IMG/VR virus record: IMGVR_UViG_3300003322_000571
Coordinates: 1-64,000 of that record
Reading direction: 5' to 3' (one strand)
Length of the DNA: 64,000 nt
In this document: in pieces, positions 54,190 through 62,652 of the stretch
How the letters are laid out: each line of letters begins with the position of its first letter
Numbering within the stretch: the stretch's first letter is position 1
The notes under the pieces: generated by a model
Seen by the model: the letters and a program-made list of their open reading frames with translations, nothing else
The model's database searches: none
Told to the model about the DNA's origin: nothing
Translations under genes and position numbers: made by a program

Positions 54190-56289
54190 ATGGAGTTTGA
54201 CTACAGCTTAGAGACGATTAGTCCTACGCTAACTCCTACTCTCACGATTGGTGGTACAGGCAGTCTGACGATTCCAGTAGGAACGTCAGCTGCTGAACCA
54301 ACTGGTGTGACGGGTACGATGCGATACGATACGGATCTCAACAAGTTCCGTTTCTACACAACTAGTTGGAATAACATTGCGACAGAAGGATACGTTGCGT
54401 CAAACTTCCAACCACTTGATTCCGACTTGACAGCACTGGCTAATACGTCAACAACAGGATTGTATGTTGTGACAGGTGCTGGTACATCTACCACCCGAAC
54501 ACTGACAGCACCTGCAGCTGGTATTACCGTTTCAAACGGTAACGGTGTTGCGGGTAACCCCACTCTGTCTCTTGCTAATGACTTGAGTGCTCTTGAAGCT
54601 CTCGCAAGTACAGGATATGCGGTACGTACAGCAACTGATACATGGGCACAACGTTCAATCGTTGCCGGTTCCTCTAAGTTGTCCGTAACAAATGGTGACG
54701 GCGTTGCGGGTAATACATCTGTCGACGTAGTTGAAGCAAACCTGACGTTAAACAACATTGGCGGTACTCTTAGCATTGCCAAAGGCGGCACGGGATTGAC
54801 TGGTGCAGGTACAGCAAACCAGATGTTTGGCATGAATGCTGCAGCAACAGCTCCCGAATACAAAACGCTTGTTGCTGGTACAGGGTTGTCTATTCTTCAT
54901 GCACCTGGACAAATTACATTTGCAAATACTGGTGTAACATCAGTCGCTGCAACAGTTCCCGCTGCAGGTATTACTGTTAGCGGAAGTCCGATCACAACAA
55001 CTGGTACACTTGCATTCAATCTTGCCAACGATCTCGCTGCTTTGGAAGGTCTTGCAAGCACGGGATTTGCAACTCGTACTGCAACTGATATCTGGGCGCA
55101 ACGTACTCTGACATCTGGCTCTTCCAAGTTGTCGTTGACGAATGGTGACGGTGTTGCTGGCAATCCTACATTCGATGTTGTTGAAGGAAACTTGACACTA
55201 AACAATATCGGCGGGACGCTTGGTATTGCTAAAGGCGGTACAAACTTGACGACACTTGGAACAGCGAACCAAGTACTTGGTGTCAATGCAGCTGCTACAT
55301 CACTTGAATACAAATCGCTTGTTGCGGGTACGGGCATTAGTATTGGACAAGGTGCTGGTGCGGTGACGATCAACAACACAGGTGTAACGTCAGTAGCAGC
55401 TTCTGCACCAAGCGCTGGTTTTACGATTACGGGTAGTCCGATCACAACGACAGGTACGTTGACGTTTACATTGGCAAATGACTTGGCAGCTGTTGAAGGA
55501 TTGGCAGGAACAGGATATGCGGTACGTACTGCAGCTGATACATGGGCTCAACGTTCGTTTGCAGCTGCCTCTTCCAAAGTTGCTATCACGAATGGCGATG
55601 GCGTTTCGGGAAACACTACGGTTGATGTAGTTGAAGCGAACCTATCATTGAACAACATTGGCGGCACGCTCAGTGTTGCAAAGGGCGGTACAAACCTGAC
55701 AGCGGTTGGATCTGCAAATCAGGTGATGGGTGTTAATGCTGCTGGTACAGCTCTTGAATACAAAACGATTGCAGCTGGTACAGGTATTACTGTAGCACAC
55801 ACAGCAAATACGGTAACGATCACAAACAACTCGAAGTCGATTGCGCAGTTGATTCCAAGTGCAATTACAGCAGCAACTGGCTCAACAACAATCCCCGTAG
55901 ACAACACTCCTCCGTTGAATACGGAAGGTACGCAAGTGTGGTCAGGTACTATTACACCAACAGCAACAACTTCGACGGTACGAATTGAAGTTTGTACTAA
56001 CGTAGGTGTTGACGCAAACCAAGCATTTGTTACAGTTGCATTGTTCCGTGGTACGACTTGTATTGCTGTTAAATCTGCCGCGGCTATTGGTGCTGGACTA
56101 GCGTCAGCTGTTCAACAAGCTGCTTCGTTGAACCTGTGTTTCTATGATACCCCTGCTACTACATCAGCTGTGACATACTCTGTACGTGTGGGTTCTAGTA
56201 CAGGCAACTGGTATTTTGGACGAAGTGCTGTTGCTACATATAACGGATTAGCATCAGGACAAGTAGTATTAACAGAGTTCCGCGCATAA
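54190..56289 (+). CDS. tail fibre protein with three ~150-aa repeats
   Basis: Three copies of LANDL.A.E.LA.TG.A.RTA.D.WAQR. Confidence 0.85.
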   Translation: MEFDYSLETISPTLTPTLTIGGTGSLTIPVGTSAAEPTGVTGTMRYDTDLNKFRFYTTSWNNIATEGYVASNFQPLDSDLTALANTSTTGLYVVTGAGTSTTRTLTAPAAGITVSNGNGVAGNPTLSLANDLSALEALASTGYAVRTATDTWAQRSIVAGSSKLSVTNGDGVAGNTSVDVVEANLTLNNIGGTLSIAKGGTGLTGAGTANQMFGMNAAATAPEYKTLVAGTGLSILHAPGQITFANTGVTSVAATVPAAGITVSGSPITTTGTLAFNLANDLAALEGLASTGFATRTATDIWAQRTLTSGSSKLSLTNGDGVAGNPTFDVVEGNLTLNNIGGTLGIAKGGTNLTTLGTANQVLGVNAAATSLEYKSLVAGTGISIGQGAGAVTINNTGVTSVAASAPSAGFTITGSPITTTGTLTFTLANDLAAVEGLAGTGYAVRTAADTWAQRSFAAASSKVAITNGDGVSGNTTVDVVEANLSLNNIGGTLSVAKGGTNLTAVGSANQVMGVNAAGTALEYKTIAAGTGITVAHTANTVTITNNSKSIAQLIPSAITAATGSTTIPVDNTPPLNTEGTQVWSGTITPTATTSTVRIEVCTNVGVDANQAFVTVALFRGTTCIAVKSAAAIGAGLASAVQQAASLNLCFYDTPATTSAVTYSVRVGSSTGNWYFGRSAVATYNGLASGQVVLTEFRA

Positions 56290-56291
56290 AG

Positions 56292-56318
56292 AAAAAGCCC
56301 ACCTAGGTGGGCTTTTTT
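56292..56318. terminator. bidirectional intrinsic terminator
   Basis: AAAAGCCCACC-TA-GGTGGGCTTTTT between convergent genes. Confidence 0.8.
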
Positions 56319-56319
56319 A

Positions 56320-56688
56320 TTAGTGAATCGACTGAGCGTCCTGTTGTCCCATTCCGCCTGGTTGACCCTGCGGAGCTGTTTGACGTACAGGAGGTGTTGC
56401 TTTTTGCTGACCACCTTGGCCGCCTTCTTCTGCAGCGATACGGCGTTGTAGAGCGCCGCGAATCTTGTTCAAGTTAACGAATACTGCAGAACGCCAGCGC
56501 TTACGGAGAGCTGGATTAGGTTCTTTGTTTACGAGCTTGAGAGCGCGGCTGCATGCAGCAAGACGTTCGCTCAAGTCCTCATCAGACATGTCGTCAGACA
56601 ATTGAACTACCTCCTGGAGATAAGCGAGATTTTTGTCAGCTTCATTGAGCTTCATACCTGCGAGCTGTTTGATACGTGTGGAATCCAT
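56320..56688 (-). CDS. hypothetical late protein
   Basis: RIKQLAG N-terminus; TAAATA upstream. Confidence 0.7.
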   Translation of the reverse strand: MDSTRIKQLAGMKLNEADKNLAYLQEVVQLSDDMSDEDLSERLAACSRALKLVNKEPNPALRKRWRSAVFVNLNKIRGALQRRIAAEEGGQGGQQKATPPVRQTAPQGQPGGMGQQDAQSIH

Positions 56689-56863
56689 AAATTACCCCTG
56701 TTTTAAGGTTGTTGTGTATTTATGTACGTCATGTGATAGTGCACATAACTATTACCGGAGATCTGAAATGCTGTTCAAGTTCGTTTTCAAGTGACGTTGA
56801 TCTACTCGATCGAAATCTCAGTGCTGTGAGAGCACTAACTACGTCTATTTGAAAAGGAACTAT

Positions 56864-57472
56864 ATGTTGCAGTATCCCTCTATTGTCGGCTGGAAAAAAG
56901 CACCTATTGGCAAACCGTGTATCGCATTTAACAAGTACGATGGATCAAACCTTCGTTGGGAGTATTCACCCAAACGTGGTTGGAATAAAATGGGTACACG
57001 TCGTTGCATGTTTGATGCAAACACTCCCCTGTATAACCAAGCAATCGAACTGTTTCACGACAGTGGAATGGCTCAGACGATCGTTGATACGACGAATCAT
57101 GCGTTCGGTCGTAAAGTTGAACGTATCACAGCGTTCACGGAGTTCTTCGGTCCGTCGAGTTTTGCAGGTTATCACAAACACGATGAAGCAAAGCAATTGA
57201 AGCTGTTTGATGTGTTTGTGTTCAAGAAGGGGTTCATTCCACCTAAGCAATTTGTCAAGTTGTTCGGTAAACAAGAATGGGCTGCGGAAGTTGTTTACCA
57301 AGGCAATATGAACCAAGAGTTCATTGAAGATGTCCGTAACGGGAAGTATCCTGTGTATGAAGGCGTCATCTGCAAAGGTGAGGACTGGAATGCAAAAATC
57401 AAGACGATTCAATTCCTTGAACGTCTGAAGAACACTCATGCAGATTTGTATGAGGAGGAAAAGAACGAATGA
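56864..57472 (+). CDS. putative ATP-dependent RNA ligase-family protein
   Basis: KYDGSN (motif I), EFFG, LFDV, EGVICK, KIK. Confidence 0.7.
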   Translation: MLQYPSIVGWKKAPIGKPCIAFNKYDGSNLRWEYSPKRGWNKMGTRRCMFDANTPLYNQAIELFHDSGMAQTIVDTTNHAFGRKVERITAFTEFFGPSSFAGYHKHDEAKQLKLFDVFVFKKGFIPPKQFVKLFGKQEWAAEVVYQGNMNQEFIEDVRNGKYPVYEGVICKGEDWNAKIKTIQFLERLKNTHADLYEEEKNE

Positions 57473-57669
57473 CAGCGAACGAAGTCGCAGCAAGGTTCGG
57501 AGAGGACCTTGTTGAATTGAATGCACGCATTGCAATTACCCACGCGAAGTATTTGTTTGACAGTTACTCTGAACGTGGGTATCACAGTCATGCGGAACAT
57601 GCTCAAATGATTGTTCAATCCCTCGAACAACTACTCGAATTCTACCTAAACCATAAGGAAAACAAATGA
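57469..57669 (+). CDS. hypothetical protein
   Basis: Coupled ORF. Confidence 0.6.
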   Translation: MTANEVAARFGEDLVELNARIAITHAKYLFDSYSERGYHSHAEHAQMIVQSLEQLLEFYLNHKENK

Positions 57670-57962
57670 CCGAAACACAAATTGAATGGTTCTCCCAACA
57701 ATTCAGCGCAATCTTGGTGACGTTCGCCTTCGACCCGAATGACAACGACACGCGACAGAATGTTCACAATGCCTTCTTCAACTTTCTGAGTGAACAACCA
57801 GAGGTGTATGATTTTGCCGTCGTTTGTAATGAAACCAACAACGCTGGAGACCGACCTACAAAGTTGCGTGCTGACATCTGCTTGAAGGTTGAAGAAGACG
57901 GTCCGTTTTTCTATTTCCCGTTGACACTCGATTTAGTGGAGACGACAGATGTGGTCGCTTGA
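57666..57962 (+). CDS. stand-alone tail-sheath C-terminal-like domain
   Basis: FAFDPNDNDTR, YDFAVVCNETNN, LRADI.LK. Confidence 0.7.
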   Translation: MTETQIEWFSQQFSAILVTFAFDPNDNDTRQNVHNAFFNFLSEQPEVYDFAVVCNETNNAGDRPTKLRADICLKVEEDGPFFYFPLTLDLVETTDVVA

Positions 57963-58275
57963 GTTCTGGGGCATTACATGCTTCGTGTTTGTCGCTCTGT
58001 TTACTTTCAGAGCGTACAAACTTGAACCAGGCAAAGGACAATCACCGCGTAGCTCGATCATTGAAGCTTGGGTCAACATCGTCATTGGTTTCACTATCAG
58101 TTACGGTGCGAACTTCCTAATTTTCCCTCTAATTGGCTCGCATCTAACCGCTGGACAGAACTTTTGGATTGGCTGGATTTACACAGCAATTTCAATTGTT
58201 CGTCAGTATACAATTAGGCGTTGGTTCAACGACCACGTCCACAATATGGCACTGCGCTTGGCAGGAGACAAATGA
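57949..58275 (+). CDS. membrane protein
   Basis: QSPRSSIIEAWVN...SIVRQYTIRRWFN. Confidence 0.7.
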   Translation: MWSLEFWGITCFVFVALFTFRAYKLEPGKGQSPRSSIIEAWVNIVIGFTISYGANFLIFPLIGSHLTAGQNFWIGWIYTAISIVRQYTIRRWFNDHVHNMALRLAGDK

Positions 58276-58823
58276 TTTACTTGTTTTTAGATACGGAGTT
58301 CACCTCGTTTGAACAACCAGAGCTGATCTCCATTGGCATCGTTTCGGAAGACGGTCAACATGAATTCTACCGTGAAGTGTCCGACCACAATGCGTATAAA
58401 CGTAGCCAGTTCGTCAAGGACGTCGTCATCCCGTTGTTGTTCAACGACTACGCAACAAGCATGATTCGTGAGTACGTTGCTATGGATCTCAACAAGTGGA
58501 TCGATAGCCTCCCAACCGATCAAGTGACAATTGTTGTTGATTATCCTGGTGACTGGCATCTCGTTAAGCCATTGCTTGATAAGGTGTCTGAGCGACGCGT
58601 TAAGATCAATGCTGAGATGCGTAATCACTCGTTCCTTGCTGCTGCACGGTACCGAGCTGTTGATGTCTCGCCTGAAAAGACATTGGAAGCAATGTTCGTG
58701 ATGGAGGAGTCTGAAGAGGCTTACTTCAAGACAGATCCTCGTCAACATCACGCTTTGGTCGATGCACGAGCAATGCGTGCTGGATGGATTGCAGCTTTGG
58801 AGGTTCTCAATGGACAGCAATAA
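58272..58823 (+). CDS. DEDDh 3'-5' exonuclease
   Basis: FLDTEF, LISIGIV, HHALVDA. Confidence 0.88.
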   Translation: MIYLFLDTEFTSFEQPELISIGIVSEDGQHEFYREVSDHNAYKRSQFVKDVVIPLLFNDYATSMIREYVAMDLNKWIDSLPTDQVTIVVDYPGDWHLVKPLLDKVSERRVKINAEMRNHSFLAAARYRAVDVSPEKTLEAMFVMEESEEAYFKTDPRQHHALVDARAMRAGWIAALEVLNGQQ

Positions 58824-59766
58824 ACTACTAGGAGGCTTTTATGGCCTCGTTCTTGGTGATGCTGTTGGTGTTCCGTTTGAATTTCAACAGCCGCGCCAAC
58901 TACCGCCGCTGTCAAAAATCGACATTGTGATGGCTGATGTTCCCAAGTTCACCAAAACATATCCGCAAGTCCCGTACGGTACCTGGTCCGATGACACAGC
59001 ATTGTCATTGTGTCTTCTTGATGCGTTGCTTGATTTTACCGAGCCGGAGATGTGGCACGGCGACTTTGTCGAGAATATGCAAAATTGGCGATTCCATGGC
59101 AAATTTACTCCGTATAACGAGAAGAAATTTGACATTGGGTTGCAGACTGCCATGGCATTGACTGAACTGGAAGACGGATTGAGTATTCAGGCGCGTGTGG
59201 ACGGCCCAGATCGTTGTGGAAACGGTGCTTTGATGCGTAGCCTTCCAGTTGCCCTCGTGTATGCTTACGTACCAGACCACGACGTTCGTGCAAACTTAAT
59301 TGCCAATGTTACACTCGATCACGTCAATGCTACCCACGCGAACATGATGAGCAAGATTGTCAGTTTGGCGTATACGTTGCTGGCATCATATCTTCTCGAT
59401 GGAGTGTATTGGTTCGATGCCATTGATCTGGCGCTTGATAAGACCGAACAACTTCTTGGTGAAGCTTATAAGGATGACATGTTGAAGTTCCGAGCTTATG
59501 AGCATCGTGAACCAACAGGAACAGGCTACTCTGTTGATACATTCTGGTCTGCGATTTATGCATTGAAGGCTGGTTCAGACTTCCGTACAACGATTCAGCA
59601 TGCTATTTCACTTGGCAACGATACAGACACAACTGCATGCGTTGCTGGTGGACTCGCGGGGATTATCTACGGGTTTGATCGTCTTCCTGTTGATTGGCTT
59701 GCACATCTTCGCGATAAGCAACAAATTGATCAATATGCTCAGCGACTACTAATTATCTCACTATGA
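58810..59766 (+). CDS. ADP-ribosylglycohydrolase
   Basis: GDAVGVPFEF, WSDDT, GNGALMR, GNDTDT. Confidence 0.93.
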   Translation: MDSNKLLGGFYGLVLGDAVGVPFEFQQPRQLPPLSKIDIVMADVPKFTKTYPQVPYGTWSDDTALSLCLLDALLDFTEPEMWHGDFVENMQNWRFHGKFTPYNEKKFDIGLQTAMALTELEDGLSIQARVDGPDRCGNGALMRSLPVALVYAYVPDHDVRANLIANVTLDHVNATHANMMSKIVSLAYTLLASYLLDGVYWFDAIDLALDKTEQLLGEAYKDDMLKFRAYEHREPTGTGYSVDTFWSAIYALKAGSDFRTTIQHAISLGNDTDTTACVAGGLAGIIYGFDRLPVDWLAHLRDKQQIDQYAQRLLIISL

Positions 59767-59957
59767 AAGACAAAATAGGTCAGAAACTAGCTGTACATGA
59801 CCGCGTAGCGACGACGTTGTATGGTGCTTTGTGCGTTGGAGTTATTACAAAGTTGACAAAGGCGTATGTCTACGTACTAGCCCTTGACGAGACGGCGATG
59901 TTAGCGACCTTTAAGACGACTTCCAGCAACGTGATTAAGATTGGAAACACAGAATGA
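59763..59957 (+). CDS. hypothetical protein
   Basis: Coupled ORF. Confidence 0.55.
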   Translation: MKDKIGQKLAVHDRVATTLYGALCVGVITKLTKAYVYVLALDETAMLATFKTTSSNVIKIGNTE

Positions 59958-60382
59958 TTCTAAAAGAAAAGACACTAATGAGGGTAGATGCCCCTAATCG
60001 TAATATGCGTCAATATCCACGCGAGGTCGTTGAAGCTGCTCTTGCAACGAAAACGACGATGTACGGATTGCTAGGCGAACCGGCAATTGTTGGTGATGAC
60101 GAGGGAACGTTTAAAATTGATGTCCCAACTGCCGAGAACGCTGCTTTTGTTGCTTCCAACTTCAAGTTTGATGGTGACTACGTTGTCTGCGATGTTGAAA
60201 CACTTGATACTCATACAGGACGAATTTTCGAGCAATTGACAACTTTGCCTAAAGGTTGTGGATTCTATCCAGTTCTGACCGTCGGTGGCTATATTGGATC
60301 AACGATGAGTGATGGTGTTCAATTAGTCACGGAGTGGGATTTTATCGTTCCGTACGCAACTGTTATTCCTATGTGGGATTAA
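59954..60382 (+). CDS. degenerate prohead protease (T4 gp21-like) paralog
   Basis: PNRNMRQYPREV, LLGE, LDT.TGR; catalytic His not evident. Confidence 0.55.
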   Translation: MILKEKTLMRVDAPNRNMRQYPREVVEAALATKTTMYGLLGEPAIVGDDEGTFKIDVPTAENAAFVASNFKFDGDYVVCDVETLDTHTGRIFEQLTTLPKGCGFYPVLTVGGYIGSTMSDGVQLVTEWDFIVPYATVIPMWD

Positions 60383-60383
60383 A

Positions 60384-60425
60384 ATGAGTCATCCTAAACA
60401 AGTTATTGTGATGCGCAAAGCATAA
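60384..60425 (+). pseudogene. orphaned original N-terminus of Pth2 (MSHPKQVIVMRKA*)
   Basis: Duplicates PKQVIVMR of ORF 61142. Confidence 0.85.
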
Positions 60426-60449
60426 ATACCTTCCAAAGAAGGTATTTGA

Positions 60450-61172
60450 ATGTACATCATCTACAAACACACTTGTACTGCCACTGGTAAAAGTTATGTT
60501 GGACAAACCAAAGAACTAACTAAGCGTACAAACGCACACAAGAGTTCAAGGTCGGGGTGCGTTGCGTTCAGGAACGCCATTAGCTGCTACGGGTGGGAGT
60601 CATTTGTCACGGTTGAGTTGGCTTGTTGCACGACGGTTGGAGACGCCAACGTTGTAGAGAGCTTGTTGATATCCGAATACAACACCATAGCACCCAGTGG
60701 ATATAACTTAACAAGTGGTGGCAAAGCATGTCAGATCAGCGAATTGACCAAGCGGAAAATTTCTGAGTCACTGAAAGGTAGGCCGAAGCCTCCCCGGACA
60801 TCATCTCACATAGAAAATCTGGCTGCACGGCGTCGAGGAAAGTCGTATGAGGAGTTATACGGCGTTGAACGAGCCAAAGAGTTAAAGAAAAACAAAGGGC
60901 ACGCGTTTGATGAGTACCATTCACAGCGACGAGGAAAAGGGTTTAACGACTTGTTTGGTGAAGACAAAGCCGCAGAGATACGCGCAAAGATGTCGAGGAC
61001 TAGGTTGACCAAAATTCCCGAATCAACCCAAGTGTTGATAGAAACAACATACGATCGTGACAAGTGTGTGACAAAAACGTTTGCGGAATCAATCGGGTTG
61101 ACAGTATACATTGTAGTTAGATATTTGAAGGACATCGGTAAATGGAATCCAAAGCAGCTCCCAAGCAGGTAA
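60450..61172 (+). CDS. GIY-YIG homing endonuclease
   Basis: IIY..T...GKSYVGQT, GYNLTSGG, NUMOD3-like repeat. Confidence 0.9.
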   Translation: MYIIYKHTCTATGKSYVGQTKELTKRTNAHKSSRSGCVAFRNAISCYGWESFVTVELACCTTVGDANVVESLLISEYNTIAPSGYNLTSGGKACQISELTKRKISESLKGRPKPPRTSSHIENLAARRRGKSYEELYGVERAKELKKNKGHAFDEYHSQRRGKGFNDLFGEDKAAEIRAKMSRTRLTKIPESTQVLIETTYDRDKCVTKTFAESIGLTVYIVVRYLKDIGKWNPKQLPSR

Positions 61173-61558
61173 TCGTAATGAGACGCGATCTGAAGATGCC
61201 GCGAGGAAAGATTGCGGCACAGGCAGCACATGCTTCAATGGCAGGCCTTCTCAACCATGTTACCTTCCGTCTTGAGGAAGACACGATGGAGGGATGGGCG
61301 TTGTCGATGCCGAAGAATGGTGCGATGTCACAGTGGTTGCGTGGCGCTTTCACCAAGGTTTGCGTTTGCGTTGAGAGTGAAGCTGAACTTGAGGCTGTGT
61401 ACAAGCAAGCTCAATTGGCTGGCCTCAACGTGTCAAAGATTGTCGATAACGGTTTGACTGTATTCGACAACGTTCCCACTTGGACGTGCATCGGTGTGGG
61501 GCCGGACTTCCCTGAGCGAATTGATCCAATCACTGGCCATTTGAAACTATACAATTGA
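61142..61558 (+). CDS. pth2: peptidyl-tRNA hydrolase Pth2
   Basis: KQVIVMRRDLKM..GKIAAQAAHA, IVDNGLT, IGVGP, ITGHLKLY. Confidence 0.93.
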   Translation: MESKAAPKQVIVMRRDLKMPRGKIAAQAAHASMAGLLNHVTFRLEEDTMEGWALSMPKNGAMSQWLRGAFTKVCVCVESEAELEAVYKQAQLAGLNVSKIVDNGLTVFDNVPTWTCIGVGPDFPERIDPITGHLKLYN

Positions 61559-62183
61559 CATAATACCAGTCTGTAACAGTTGGACTGTTGAGTTTAGCCA
61601 TTATTGACGAACGATGCATGTTGAGCGTACGAATAGCATCTCCTATTGAGTTGTACTTAACGCCAGCACATACCACTGGTTTTAATCGAGCTTGATTAGA
61701 AGAACGAAGTTTCACCTTTTGCTCTTCTGTCATTGGCACTCCTTTGTTGGATGCTGTTCTTCCGGTAAGCTTTTCGCGTTGTTCCAATGTCCATGGCTTT
61801 CCTTTGTTGGGCGCAGGTCGTCCCTTCAAAGATTCGGAGATCATCCGCTTGGAAAGTTCCGTGTGTGTTTTTCCGATGAATGTGCCGGATGTATTTCCGT
61901 TAGGATTTCCCTTTCCACCAACAGTTATATTCAAGCATAGTGGATCTCGTAACAACTCAGTGGTAACCAGTTCACTCTCAATCACCAACGCTTCTGCGCG
62001 TGTAGAGCAGATGCGAAGAACTTCACGCTTGAACAGCGATCGTCCGTATTTCCTGACGCTAGCTCTGATACGATTACCCGAACCTAAATAGTCATCTGTG
62101 CTCGCATTCTCCCCTGAATGTACGCCAATGTAAAATTGGTTTGTGTCAATGTTGACGGTCTTGTAAACAATGTGCTCTCTCAT
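61530..62183 (-). CDS. GIY-YIG (Seg-like) homing endonuclease
   Basis: IVYKTVN...FYIGVH, YLGSG, NUMOD3/NUMOD1 repeats. Confidence 0.9.
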   Translation of the reverse strand: MREHIVYKTVNIDTNQFYIGVHSGENASTDDYLGSGNRIRASVRKYGRSLFKREVLRICSTRAEALVIESELVTTELLRDPLCLNITVGGKGNPNGNTSGTFIGKTHTELSKRMISESLKGRPAPNKGKPWTLEQREKLTGRTASNKGVPMTEEQKVKLRSSNQARLKPVVCAGVKYNSIGDAIRTLNMHRSSIMAKLNSPTVTDWYYVNCIVSNGQ

Positions 62184-62206
62184 GATACCCCTCCAACGCT
62201 TATTTA

Positions 62207-62284
62207 TGGACTTGCATTGCGATTGGTCCAGACTTCCCTGAGAAGATCGATCCGATCACTCGTCAACTCAAGTTGTACAACTAA
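62207..62284 (+). pseudogene. orphaned original C-terminus of Pth2
   Basis: WTCIAIGPDFPEKIDPITRQLKLYN* versus WTCIGVGPDFPERIDPITGHLKLYN*. Confidence 0.9.
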
Positions 62285-62292
62285 GTACACCT

Positions 62293-62390
62293 GCCAGCGT
62301 TTCTAATATTGGCCTTAGGGGTGCCCTTATAAAGCACTAAGACCCGTCTAGATCAGGCGGTTAATGTGGGTTCGATTCCCATCGCTGGTA
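62293..62390 (+). tRNA. tRNA-Ile(TAT)-like with a long variable arm
   Basis: GCCAGCG/CGCTGGT; loop CT-TAT-AA; extra arm of about 28 nt. Confidence 0.7.
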
Positions 62391-62446
62391 CACACAACCC
62401 TAATATTTCTGTTGGGGTAACGTACTCAACCATATATACTTTCTTC

Positions 62447-62513
62447 AGCTGTTGCGTAGTTCAAGGGTTACTTCTTTTGGTGAAACTATCCCCTTGACGT
62501 TTTAATCTCAGCT
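62447..62513 (+). ncRNA. Y RNA-like RNA 6: minimal
   Basis: AGCTGTTGCGTAG-TTCAAGGG-TTACTTC...CCCTTGAC-GTT-TTAATCTCAGCT; TATACT -10 box just upstream. Confidence 0.75.
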
Positions 62514-62526
62514 TTAACATATGTAC

Positions 62527-62588
62527 GCACGTGGGTGCAAGGTTAACTGTTCCCGTCTCATGACCGGACGTTAGTCTCCACGCTGCCA
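62527..62588 (+). ncRNA. CCA-ended hairpin displaying a Met(CAT)-like anticodon loop
   Basis: Paired ends GCA-CGTGG/CCACG-C-TGC-CA; apical loop CTCATGA. Confidence 0.4.
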
Positions 62589-62600
62589 ACTTTTGGTTGA

Positions 62601-62635
62601 AGCCCTGGTATGCAACACTGCTACCAGGGCTTTTC
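62601..62635 (+). terminator. intrinsic terminator
   Basis: AGCCCTGGTA...TACCAGGGCTTTT. Confidence 0.7.
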
Positions 62636-62652
62636 CTTTTTGGAGAAAATAA

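Noticed and set aside
60384-62284. Group I introns or an intein splitting pth2
   Set aside because: No room for a ribozyme core around the endonuclease ORFs, and pth2 is intact through duplicated termini.
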